From Lingula anatina (taxonomy: Eukaryota > Animalia > Brachiopoda), in NCBI GenBank assembly GCA_051362555.1, contig CM120646.1:5766001-5830000 (forward strand): a DNA stretch of 64,000 bases, given 5' to 3'. The stretch's first letter is position 1. Each line of letters begins with the position of its first letter. Both the position numbers and the translations under genes were made by a program. The notes under the pieces are model-generated. The model was given only the letters and a program-made list of their open reading frames with translations. It had not been told where the DNA came from and searched no databases. Positions 25,356 through 38,257 of this stretch are shown one piece after another.

Positions 25356-28300
25356 TCAGACCGGACCCTGAGTACAGGTTACTGCAGAATTTTGGTGTCG
25401 CAAGATGTCTATATCTATTTGCCTTGGCTCTTCAAATTCATTAAACTTTTGTCCCACGTGATCAAAATTTGACCCCCTTGGAATGGTTATATTTTTCAAG
25501 TGACACGTGTATGTAGATTTTAGCATCGGACACGTGATGATGTCGTGGCACAAAGCCACGTTTTGTACCTTTGGTAAGACGACTTCGTCAATGAAATTCC
25601 CACTAGATTTAAATCTACGGGGTTGGCTATATTGTTTACCGAGTTCTAGCCAATTTTGTCCAAGAAGTCCAAGAAGTAATTTTGGTTTGGCTCCAATAAG
25701 GCATCCCCGTACACTTTGCCTGTAGTTGGGGTGATCTCGAATTATATGAAAAGGAAGTCCTGACGTTAGCCACTCCTCTACAAGTATTTTGTCGCGTTTG
25801 CTCAGACGAGAATCAAGGTCTCGGACGATAAACGCTTCAAGGTCAGTATCGTCTGCTACAAGAAAGCGCCACAGTGCGGGTGCAACACTGGAAGCAACAT
25901 GACCAGAAACCTCTATTACTTGAACGTTCGTCTGCTTTTTTATGAGATCTAAATATTTTTGTATTAATTTGTTGTCTCTGTTAAACTGTGGCTCTAGGTA
26001 TATTCGCATCATCCATGTAGGAAAGAAGATGCGGAGAAGTTGAGCGTTTCTCAAGGCGCCATGCCAATACCTGATTTTTTCCCCAAAAAGAGAGTAAGCG
26101 ATGACTTTTCTTGGTTTGTCAATCACTGGAATTTTATCTGGCTGTGCATTTATCCAAGTGAGAATAACATCTTGCCCTTCGGCTAACAAGTGGGGAAGGT
26201 GCGCTCTTCTATTTTCGTTGACACTGTAACGAATGCCATCTCTCTGAGTGTGCGCCAAGTACAAGTCCTTTAACACTTTCATCCGGCCGACGCCGTCGTA
26301 AACTAAAGTAATCCATCTATCGGCATACCACTCCGGGAACTGTCGCGGATAATAAAATCCGAACATTTCAACATGAGTCCTGTGTACAAAATCGTACGTT
26401 AAGATGGATTTATCACAAGATGAATATTTGCAAAAAAGGGAGGGACCGACCACCCCGACATTTGGTGGGTCGAATTCTGAAAGTTTTTGGATGTATTTTT
26501 CCGTCCACCTATCATTGATCATGAGAGTGTCGTCGTTGATGCGGTAATAGTAATCCATGTTGTCAAGGTACGCTGCCATCATGGCGTCATTCTGCGCCCA
26601 ACCAGGAGACTTAGAATGCATACACAAGACGGGTTTCAAATGTAAACTTTTCCCCTGGCACGCCAAGTTGCGAGTTGTTATTTGGAACGCCTCCCCAAAT
26701 AAAATGAGAGAGTCGTTACGGCTGAATAACGGGTCATTATAATCGTATGCAATGTAAAAATAGTATCTGTAGTTATCACTGGCTGTTAGGCAAAACCCCC
26801 TCATGAGATGAATGAAAAAGGACATATTTTCCAAGAGGTCAGTTACATTCACCCTACCGCTGAGATCAATATTCAAATTGTGTGTTGATATTGCACATCC
26901 TATTGCTATGGTAACAGAGTTGTTCATAGAGACAATATTTTGCGCATACTCAGACTGGTTCCTGGTTTTACTAAGTCTCTCCAGTGCTTTATCGAGATTC
27001 TGCATAATTTTCTCGTCTTCATAACCTAAAAATCTGCTGTTTGTGAATTCCTCGTCCACTATGACCGCTTCTCCTGATAATTTTCTGGAAATGTGAAAAG
27101 TGAAAAAAAAAAACGTTATGAAAAGAGTTTTTATACGTTTTTGTAGAAGTAATGTGAATTATTGTAAACAAAAGAATTGCCATGACATTTTATTGAGAAC
27201 AGTTCGTATTTTTTCGTACGATACAATGAAAAGCGGCCATCCCAATACTCAACAACTTACTTGTAAAATAAAACAAATGTGTTCTGTTTAAATCTTTTTA
27301 TACGGATAAGGATTTAAACTAAATTAAAGATAATGCAATTACATGTTCTGATAATTATCTACTACTACCCATATTTAATTTGTTACTTTTCTTAGGCAAA
27401 CATATATTAGTATAAGAAGTAGCATAGAGGGCCATCAATGTTAAAATGTAACAGTGAAAGCGATATCTTTTGTTAAATAAAAAATCAAGATATTTATATT
27501 ACAATACACGCAAAACTGGTAATATTCCCCACATTTTTGCCTTCAGAAATCTGGTGTGATTCTAACCAATTTAATGGATTGCACCTCGTTTTCGTTTGTG
27601 TAAAACAAACCGTGTATTTGCATAGGGAATCAATATTGTTATCGTAGCAGTTTTATTTACCGAAGCAATTCCATTGGTATAGTGTAGCAAAACTACAATG
27701 CATTATACGGCGGCGGCATTGACACAAGGAATGGGCTTACAGCATAATTGAAATAACAATCTAATGTAGTGTATGGGTGAAATTAATAATTGATGTGCGG
27801 TTTATGTGTAAAAGCTTTCAGTATTATATATACAGCTGTATAGTCTAGTTTCCTTGCGTTTGCGGGTCTCTATCAAATTCATAAGATTTTTATACTATCT
27901 TAGATTTTGAGTTCTAAATAATCAGACTAATTTCGAAAAGGGGCTTTTGCCAATACTATTTTTAATGTATCTTTTAAATATTGCAAATAAGCAAATAAAC
28001 ACCAATACCCGGCCATATTACCATGGTAACGTTGCCCTTAATTTTTTTTTTTTTTTTGATTCGCCGGACTTCATCTCCATCAACAGTGAGATCGTTTAAC
28101 GTGTCCCCACGCGACAAATTTGCTAAAAGTCAATTTTTTCCGAGAAAAGAGGGGCAATTTTCTCCTAATTTTCGAATTATTAGTCTGACAATAGTTATTT
28201 GATAACCTTTTGAAGTACAGTCAGGCGCGTCAGATTTTTGATACTATGTTTTAAACTGGTGTTTACAAGAGTCCAGTGAAATTTGGAGTAACTTAGCGTT

Positions 28301-29576
28301 ATAAGTGATAAAATGTAAACGGAGAGATTGTAAGAAAACCAGTCAGTTTGTAGTACTTATACATGTACATAGCCCATTAGCTGTTGGGGGTTTTCTGATA
28401 CGAACACAGGACATAACGAAAAACAAGGAACCCAAAATATCACTTTTACTCCAAAGTATGACGTCATGAGCAAAATGGCAATGCTTCATTTGAAGACATA
28501 TAAAGTTCACGAACGTTTAATGAAACATCAAGTGTTATCATGTATAATGCTATATGAATTTTGTTTTATGAACCTAGATTGGCTAAAGGGGGGGGGGGGG
28601 GGCTGTCCTGAATGCTTATTTTGGGACTCTAACGAGTCAAAAAACCGAGGAGTAAGTAGGCCTACCTCAGTGTTTATTAGCTCGATGTTACCTTTTCAAT
28701 CAATTGCTTTTTTTTATACTAGAAATAAATAAAATAACAATTAATACGTGAACAGTAAGATGATTATTGACGGTATGCAATAACAAGATGTTTTATATGG
28801 ATTAGACGATACTATACTAAAACATGCCAGCTATCATAATGTTTATCAGCAGGGGTCTGTATTCCGATGCCATTTACGAGTGATACAGAGTCCCAACTTA
28901 GTGTTTTAGACAGGTAAGCCCCAGCCTAGATTTTGACCCAGTTAATTTTAATTTTTTATTAAAATAGCTTACGTCAAGTTAACGTGACAGTAATGAATCT
29001 ACTGGGGGAACACCCTCTTAGCACCGGTTAAATATGTTATCTAAGCCTAATCAATAGACCGGTGTGCGTGTTACTGCTGTTAAACTGGAATCACTGCTAT
29101 GTATAATACTGGCAGTAAACTAAAGCTAGAGCACATATTACTATTAGATCTGTGATGATAGGAGTATTCGTCTTTATAATCTTCCCCTGTAGTTCAGTTT
29201 TCTATTAATTCCAGCCTTCTGGCTGCTTAGACTGGCAACTCATTCTTATTTTAAATCCATTGTTTTTGTGGGGGATACCTTGCCTTTCCCCGAAATTGTG
29301 ATTTTGTGTTTTCATATTTGTCATCATACAACCGCTTGCGGGCTATATACGTTACACACAACCCATATATATGAGCAATATATAATCTTTCATAGTGGCA
29401 TATTTGATCAATGTGAAGGCACCTTACCTGTTCAAATACACGATGTTACATATCAGGACCAGGAGAGCGAATATGGCAGTAAGAAGCAGCATGTTCTTAC
29501 TGGAGTAATGGACCTCGCACTCGGTGCGCAGTCGTATGGCACCCGTGCATAGTCCACGGTGACGGCTGGCCACCAT
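25356..29576 (-). CDS. Type II membrane protein (~625 aa) with two putative GT-A-fold glycosyltransferase-like modules; exons 29428-29576 and 25356-27084
   Basis: Exon 1 MVASRHRG...MLLLTAIFALLVLICNIVYLN (TM) ends AG|GTAAGG in phase 2, matching the TTTCCAG acceptor at 27085. The large exon has acidic DxD-like motifs YYRINDDT and IVRDLDSRL, plus NVGVVGP, KVIAYSLFG and FHIIRDHP. Confidence 0.8.
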
Positions 29577-30157
29577 TTTGCTTTCGACCCCGGTCACCTT
29601 TTCCTCAAGAGCTCCGTCACACCTGAATCAAAACAATGGCATATCTAGGTCAATGGTTAAAGCACCTGGCCACGGCGTCCCTCATACACACTGCCAAACT
29701 CTTTCCTCATGTTGACAGTGTAAGGTCGGTAAACCAAGCAGCGGTTGACTGTGGAAGACGCTGTGATGAGGGATGGCGTAGTTATACTATTAATGGGATA
29801 TCGACCTGCAGCTGTACGAGTATCGTTCAGTTTGTTATGTAATTTTAAACGGCACAGGTGGACGAAAGGAGTACTCAGCTGACTCAGCGATGGTTGCCTC
29901 AGTTTTCGCCTTTACTTTCGATACAAGGTCACTTGTACCACAGATAAAGGACTAAAAAAATCCCCGTGATGCGCAACTGAAAGGCGACGCATTTCCTTTC
30001 CCTGGTCGCGCCGCCGTGTTTACTCTGAATATATTAAATTGTAGCATTTCATTTGCTATCACTGTCATTTTGTATCAGTTCACGCAACAATTTTTCTTCT
30101 AGCCATGCTGCATTACTTTCGCTTGTAGAGTCCGGAGTTTTTTATGAGGGTCCCATT

Positions 30158-32097
30158 CAGGCCTACCCAACTACCAGACTCAGCACCTAAGGATCCTGAA
30201 TTAACCGGTATATCGGACCACACTACCCGTTTTCAAGGTGTGTGTCATATCGCATTTCGGAGTATAACACCCCAGAACAAATTTTGTAGGAAGAACGCGG
30301 GCTCATCCACGCTCGGCTGTCACCTTGATTGGATAGTAAACGATTGTCGTAAAATCGCTATATGATTTAAAAACCTGGTGCATAAATTTGAAAACCACCT
30401 AGAACAACCTTAGACTGTAGGCCTACTCATACTTTAGAGTACTCTATTTTATTGTCTCTATGGGGGTATATGGGGACTTTACGACATTCGGTTTGAATGT
30501 TTTAACCACTTTTGATAGGGCTTTTTATGGAACGCCATCCACGCAAAAAATCAGACTTGCAATTTAATAGCCAAATGACATTCTAACAGCCTACAAGAAA
30601 TCTAACAGTGGTCAAAATAATCTAATAGCCAACTCATAAAATTTAACGGTGTTAAAAAATCTAATAGCCAACTAATAAAATTTAACAGCGTTAAAAAATC
30701 TAACAGCCAACTCATAATCTTACAGCCAACTTTTCAAAACAGCCAAGTCAGCATCTAACGCTAGAGGTCACTGCTGTCACGGGTCTATCCGTGTACGGGG
30801 CGTAAAGTGATGACGTTATCTGGAGCCTTAGAGATGTTGTTTAATATCCATATTACGTAGATGGAAGGTCGAATCAGAACTAATATAAAAGAGTATTTTG
30901 CCACCGGAATACGTGGAGTTCCTTCCCGAAAGATGCACAAGAAAATGGTGTTCAGTTTCAAACACCCGCACTTAGTAATGCAAGGTTACATCGCGTAGGG
31001 TAAAACATGGTGGTGCCTAGGACGCATTGTCCTATCATAGGACGCAACTGGACGTAATCTGCATATGCATGAATCAAAACTGTGACCTAATTTCACCCAA
31101 TGCACAATCTGGGTCACTAGTCTCACGTTTTACTACGATGGTAATACAAGTCCAACGTTCATCCCATTACAATCACCGATGGGATGACAGTGAACGTTCT
31201 ATTTAAAATGATTCTATTAGAAACATATATTAATAAATAATTTAATATATAGAACAAGATCAAACAAACGCTTTGTTGAAAAGATTTTTATCAAAAAAAA
31301 TATGGTAAAGGGACCAAAACAATGGGGAAATAATTCTATGTATTCATGTACTGAGGCTTAATTTGCTTTTACATTTTCACGCTAAATTCATTCCAGATTA
31401 TATCAAAACCAAATAAAAAATTCAATTAGGACAAACATATGTGTACTCAGGAGTTTATGTTACATGTTCATATACAGCAAAGAGAATATATTACAAGTAC
31501 TGGGAGTTACATTCATATTGAAATGACGTCATCACTTTACGCGCCGTCCACGGATAGACCCGTGACAGCAGTGACCTCTAGCGTTAGATGCTGACTTGGC
31601 TGTTTTGAAAAGTTGGCTGTAAGATTATGAGTTGGCTGTTAGATTTTTTAACGCTGTTAAATTTTATGAGTTGGCTATTAGATTTTTTAACACTGTTAAA
31701 TTTTATGAGTTGGCTGTTAGATTATTTTGACCACTGTTAGATTTCTTGTAGGCTGTTAGAATGTCATTTGGCTATTAAATTGCAAGTCTGATTTTTTGCG
31801 TGGATGACGTTCCATAGCTTTTTTTGCATCGTATTAGATTAATGTGGCAGTTTAAGGTTGTTCTAGGTGGTTTTCAAATTTATGCACCCAATTTTAAAAT
31901 CATATAGCGATTTTACGACAATCGTTTACTATCCAATCAAGGTGACAGCCGAGCGTGGGCTCATCCTGTCGGTGTTCTGACTGATAGGCCTACTCAGAAA
32001 TGCGATCTGACACACACCTTGAAAACGGGTAGTGTGGTCCGATATACCGGTTAATTCAGGGTCCTTATGTGCCGAGTCTAGTAGTTGGGTAGGCCTG
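30158..32097. mobile_element. Outer foldback element with ~250-bp arms (30158-30412 / 31848-32097)
   Basis: CAGGCCTACCCAACTAC... is mirrored by ...GTAGTTGGGTAGGCCTG; flanked by the direct repeat CCATT (30153-30157 / 32098-32102). Confidence 0.8.
30526..31816. mobile_element. Inner foldback element with ~310-bp near-perfect TIRs containing CTAAYAGCCAAC subrepeats, nested in the outer element
   Basis: TATGGAACG...CGTTCCATA termini; arms at 30526-30835 and 31524-31816; flanked by GCTTTT on both sides (alternatively a TA TSD). Confidence 0.85.
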
Positions 32098-32592
32098 CCA
32101 TTGAGTATTTTCGTTATACCCACGAAAGCCTCCTTTCATTTCCTGAGACACGTGAAACGTTCATAACATGATCCGTGAAGCACCCGATTCCCGTGACTCG
32201 TAAATGTGGCTTTTCATTCTTCGTCCTTTGTGAAACGAAGTCATTAAACTCAGTGATTAATGATTTGCTACTCGCATTTTCAGTGAGATAGGCCTATGAA
32301 TATGAATAAAATTTTATTACCTGTGATTCATTCCCCGTTAACTGTGATTAGGCCTACTACCCCCTCCCCCCAGCAAGGGAACCCTTTTGTTATCTTTGCT
32401 TTAAGAAGGCATTATTTACAACGGAGAATGCGATAACCTGTGGTAAGTGAACTTGCAAAACCGAGGAAAATACCATATAACGTATATAGGGCCCCTTCAC
32501 GTGTAACGACCTCTCAGTGGCCCTTTCCACACTCTCTGACCACTGGGGGTCGCTGCTAGACTGGTACAAAATCGTTGTAAATTTGGCGTGTG

Positions 32593-33472
32593 CTGGTGTA
32601 ACATGAAAATCTGACTCCCATGAAAACGTGACTCCCCTAGTCAAATTTTCATAATGGAAATCTGACTCCCCCCATGAAATTTTGACTCCCCCCAACAAAA
32701 CTTTATAGGCCTAAGTCTTATTTTATTTCAGTATATAACTTTTATCTTGTAGTGTGCATAATGGAGGATACATTGGCACTTATTGAAAAATTTCATGAGA
32801 AAATAAGAAAATCAAAAATGTGTATTTTTCCACCCAATAAGTCCTATGTAAAAGCTATGGGAGTCCAAATCTTACAGGTAGTAAGATGAATATTTATTTC
32901 AAAAATTATCAATTTTCACCAAGTTTTTCACCACCAAATTTTCAAATACTAACAAAATATATGTCACAATGCAAACCATGTGGAAAACAATGGTATGGTG
33001 ACTAAATGTAAAAAAGAGCCTTTTCTTCATTGGAGACCAAATCCAAATAGGTATGAATATGAAGATTTTTCATGACTTTTTTCATTTTTTGCACACAATA
33101 TTTTACCACCAACATTCAAATATTTCCAATATATTCTTCATGATAAAGTATACTTAAGGGAAAGATGTCTAAATGATCAACATATATCAAATAAATAGCT
33201 TTTTCATACTAGGGGAGGCATTGGGTGGTAAAATACTTTTTTAATTTTCTTATTTTCACATCAAAATTTTCATCTGCAAACTAAGAAAAAGTGCCAATGT
33301 ATCCTCCATTATGCATACTACAATATAAAAGTCATATACTCAAAAGTCATATATAACATCTATTAAGTATTGAGGGGGGAGTCAAAATTTCATGAGGGGA
33401 GTCAAATTTTCATAATGAAAATTTGACTGGGGAGTCATATTTTGTGTGAGTCAGATTTTCATGGTACACAGG
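32593..33472. mobile_element. ~880-bp foldback MITE with TGACTCCCC subterminal repeats
   Basis: TGTAACATGAAAATCTGACTC... is mirrored by ...GAGTCAGATTTTCATGGTACA. The inner arms (GCATAATGGAGGATACATTGGCACTT / AAGTGCCAATGTATCCTCCATTATGC) are also complementary. Confidence 0.8.
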
Positions 33473-33695
33473 GACTCCTTTTAGGTGACCCGTAGTAATA
33501 AAACTTTAATTACAATAGGCTGCCAACCCCCCCCCCCCCCCCCAAAGTGCACCGATCCAGTAAAATGACCAAAGGATGGGGTCACAGCATACATGATAAA
33601 GCTAAAGTGAACCACTTAATGTAAAAAAAGTGAAGGAAGACATAGCGTTATCATACTCTAGGTTTTCCAAAATAATAATATAATAATAATAATGA

Positions 33696-33726
<31 letters not shown>

Positions 33727-36287
33727 CTCAAGGAATCTGAGTAAATGTATAATGCGCTAGTGCAAAAAGTGGCAATTATTGGGGTATGATGTAGCCTCCG
33801 TTCAACGTAATCTCTCCCTTCTCCTCCTGTGAACTTTATATATAGATCTTAGTAGACTGAAAGTCGAAATGTGCAGTCTTTTGAGTGGGCATTAACTATG
33901 AAAACATATCTTTTGTAACTTTTAAGTTATAGGCCTACTGAAATTGAAATTAAAGAAAAAAAAACGACAAAAATTATCGTTTATGTATCCAAAAGTCATT
34001 ACTGATCATTTTCGTTGTGGCATTAAATAATTTCTATGTTCGAGTGTGAACTAAATTCAACAGGAGTTCACAGGCAAATACCACCAAACGACCAACAAGA
34101 ATAAAAAAATTAAGTTATTTGTACAAGGTCTTACAAGGTCAGTAACGGGGAGGATTATTTATACTCTACATATAGCCTACTGCTTGCGAGGGGGTAATGT
34201 TAAGTCTGGTGGATTCCGTGACCAGAGAAGGGGTGTACCATTTCGCACCCCAGAGGCTTAAGTAATATTCATATAATTAATTCAATTAATTAATATACTA
34301 GTAAACAGACTTGTAGCCAGCAATGTCAAATGCGGGAGTAGGATCTTAATCTTTCCCAAAAAAAAAAAAGTCATGTTTTTTTTTACCTTCTTAGTTGACC
34401 GAGATTGAGAATTGGCATAAAATCTAGATCAACCTTTGATTCAAAGGGGACCATTTGCAGCCAAAAGGACAATTTCACATCCCCCTCCTCTCTCTTTCTG
34501 TAGGCTTTAGGGTCTACTTACCTAAATCCCATTGTATTTCACGAGTTTAAAAAAAGCAACGAACAACGCAGTTGTATTATGTTAAGGAAAGGATTATTTG
34601 GATGCTTTGATATTCGGATTAAATTGGCAATTAGCCTACAGGTGTCCCGCTCTTACATGGCTTAGGCCCCTACATATGCACCTTAGAAACTCACAACGAT
34701 GACAATTCGGAGCTTTTGCTTGCGCCTACGCTACATGAAGAGATTAATCAAGCTGCTGGGGATCATCTCATTGTTTTATTTCCTACGAGAGGTTTCTTTC
34801 CAGATAGCAAAATCCTTGAACCTCCTTGGTAAGTATATACGTGGAAGTATATCTATACCTCCCTAATGGCCTATACTATAGCTAGGGCCCCGTTTTAAAA
34901 CGATTTTATTGAAAATAATCTTAGTCAACGTAAACGCATTCTACAGTGGTCTTCTACGCTTCTTTCCTCTACTGACATTTGGTCACCGGATGGCATTATA
35001 GCAACATTAATGTGGCAAAATGAACACTTCTGTTGTAAGTTTTTCCCCCTGTTGCCTAAACAAGTACCGATATGAGTAAACCTCTCTATCGGTATAGGAC
35101 CTAGCTATGCTTACCTACCAAATCTCTAGCAAGCACTTTGCTAAAAAGTCCCATATTCCAAATAGCCCCACAGCTCCGCGGTGTGACGCAGTTTTGATTT
35201 ATCCATTTACTTAAAAAGCATATGAGAAGTCTTTCAGTTACAAACACGGAGTACAGATATCAGTGGAAATTGAAACAACGAAACCCCATAAAACGAACCC
35301 TTTTAAACGCGTGCCTTCTCCTCGGTAGAGAAGAACGGACGAGGACATAATAGTACGACTACGCCCGTTATGCACGTGACCGTGTGAAATATCCCTGACC
35401 CTATGGCAATTGGTATTTTGTCCATTGTGGTGAACGCGAATCTATGTGCAAGGACCGGGAATGCCTAAAAGTTTATTGGCCTATTCAGGTGAACGCGCTA
35501 CACGGTTTGGGCGGGGGTGGGGCTATTGGGGGGGGGGGGGGGGGGGATTTAACACTTCACTTAATATAGCACCGAAAAAGATCTTTCATGAATGTCAAAA
35601 AAGTACAATCTGACTTTATATGTCAATAAGGCTCTGTTCTCACAACTTTTAGATCGATCTATCACCGCGGGGAGTCTCACTAGATTACTGTCAGATAATC
35701 CCCCTTAAGTGTCCGTCCCCGCCTACTACAAGCTTTAAGGGGTAATTAACTTTCGTGTCCGCCCGGCTGACAGCTATTTAGCGTGAACCCCCAGGGAGTT
35801 AGGTCGATCCAATGTAGGTCGATCTAATCTATGAGAATGGGGTGTAACAATCCTATCTTAAGAATTAACTAAAATAATACTGTAAATCATTGTTGTTAAT
35901 TTGCCATTTAAATCTACGACACGAAGAAGCGACAAGAATACATAAAGGACATCGCAAGTTAGCCATCGTGCGTCTCTCAGAAACCAAAAAGAAGTCGACA
36001 TCTGAAAAGTGCTCATAGACCTTCTATAAAAAAGGTAGCCCCTAATCGCGGCCTACACCCCTGGTCACCCTCAAACAAGTAGACAAAAGAAAGGGGTAAG
36101 AAAGCAGTGGCCTAAATGTTGACATACCTGACCACTGAAGTGTTGAACAGCACTGGACACTATACAGTTACCAATGTAAATACACATGCTAGCTGTAATA
36201 CAATGCATGAGTAACTGCGCACATGAGTATGGCAAGTTTTCATATATATGAACCTGATGAAGGTATTGTGGTCAGTCTGCTGGCAGT

Positions 36288-36498
36288 ATGAGGGTGTGGA
36301 GGTTAAGGCTGCCCAGCTTGTCCAGTAGGGTCAAGCGCGTGCTGTGGTACCTGTGTGTGGTCACCGTCCTGGTGGCTGTTAAGGTGGTGTTCTTCCCTGC
36401 TGCTGAAAATGAACAGCATGAAGTGGAGGCCAGACTGCAAATTCCAGGTAATTGGGCGTTTCAAGCTTCATGAAGAGGTAATACCTCCTCCACCCCCC

Positions 36499-36565
<67 letters not shown>

Positions 36566-38257
36566 GCAAACTTTCGCACGCGCATAATCTAAAGAATAAA
36601 CACTTTTATACTTCCAGACCCACCCCCTCCCACGACAGGGGTCATTATCCTCACGTACCAGAGAAGCGGATCAACATTCGCGGGAGAGCTGTTCAACAGG
36701 CATCCCAAATCTTTCTACCTCTTTGAACCTCTCTGGGGGATATACAGGGCCATGGAGAAGGAGAAAATACTCAATTTTCCCGACAAATCAATGCGGTAAG
36801 CATTATTCAATCCTCACTAAGATTCGTTCGAATCAGATACACCATAAGAACGCCAAAAGGGGTTTAGTGAGTCCTTTCACAATGCCACATCGTTTAATCT
36901 AGCAATTTACTTTGTCCTTTAAGTCTGTCCGATAGGGGTTGCTGGAGTAATATTCGCCTTCAACTATCAAAGAACATGAGTAGGCCTATTCTACTTTATT
37001 ATCCCATTTAAATTGCCCTGCCCGTCTTGTTTACGAACAAAGTCGTTTCATCTGAAATATTTGTAATGTCTATCCTTACGTTTTTAGGGATAATTCTGAC
37101 ACAATGAAAACCAGCGTAAATTAAAATAGGACTACAGTACTGTTGTAAAATCAATAATAGGCCTACTAGTATTTTTATGTGGTTACATTTAGCTTTGTGG
37201 CATATGTACCTGCTTTGGATCTAATAAATTATATACATGTATGTAAATGTATACATTATTGTTAAACAGGCATACACCGAGCTGGGGAATGGAGAAAGAA
37301 CTCCTACTTCAAATAACAGACAACTTACTAAACTGTCGGTTAAAGGAAGTTCCCATGGAGACGTTGGCCCCGGGGCGAGATGAGAGCCACAGCTTTTTTT
37401 TCAACATGGACCACAGGAGCATGAACTTAAAAAGATACAGAGAATGTTTGGTCAGTAAAAAGAGACCCGAGGAGCACCAGTGCGTGCCAATTCTCAGCAA
37501 ATATTGTAACCACGCCAAACTTGTAGCTCTTAAAATATTGCGACTTCGCATGGAATGGCTGCCACCTTTGCTTGACAAAAACCCGGGACTGAAGGTGATA
37601 CATTTGGTCCGAGATCCTCGGGGTTCTCTATTCTCTCGCATGTCCCGCCGGCTTAATATTTGCGACGTGAATTGCGAAGCAAACGTGCGTTGTTTTCACA
37701 TGGCCAGAGATTTGCGGTGGAGGCGAAAAATGGAAGCAATCTATCCCGGTCGTCTTATTGAACTCAAGTACGAGTCCTATGCAGAAAAACCGCTCATGGA
37801 ATTAAATAGAATTTATAATTTTCTTAATATTCCTGTTCCCCCCGATGTAGAAGACTGGGTTCAGGAAAACACGGACGCTTTTTTCGAAAGGAAAGGTAAC
37901 TATGCAACAACGAAAGAAAACTCTTCGGCAGCAGCGCATGCGTGGGAGAGTCGCATACATGTTGCCATGGCGATGGATATTGACAACGTCTGCGCAGACG
38001 TTCTTGAAGACTTTGGATACAGAAAAGCATCGGAGATATTAAAAGACCGCATTACCAAAGAAATAAAGAAAGAGGGCATGAAAGTTGCTGCATATTCACA
38101 AAAATCTGAAGATAAGGGAAACCCTCAAACTGCAAAGCCACCAAAAAAGCATGATGTTCCATCTATGGATAGACATGAAAGTGCGCAAAGAAAAGTTCCA
38201 AAGGCGCACGATAACAAAAGTCAATTTCAGAATATTCATATTCGATTGAAACCTTAG
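36288..38257 (+). CDS. Gal/GlcNAc-6-O-sulfotransferase-like (CHST1-7 family, ~441 aa); exons 36288-36447, 36618-36795, 37270-38257
   Basis: Exon 1 has a type II TM. Exon 2 encodes IILTYQRSGSTFAGELFNRHP..FYLFEPLW (5'-PSB). Exon 3 has KVIHLVRDPRG (3'-PB) and LKYE. Phases 1 and 2 are compatible. Confidence 0.9.

Noticed and set aside
29636-29720. tRNA or tRNA-derived SINE (TGGTTAAAGCAC A-box-like)
   Set aside because: No B-box (GTTCRA) at suitable spacing and no cloverleaf.
30144-30365. Pair of similar ORFs at 30144-30365 (+) and 31929-32123 (-) as duplicated small genes
   Set aside because: They are the two arms of a foldback element read on opposite strands.
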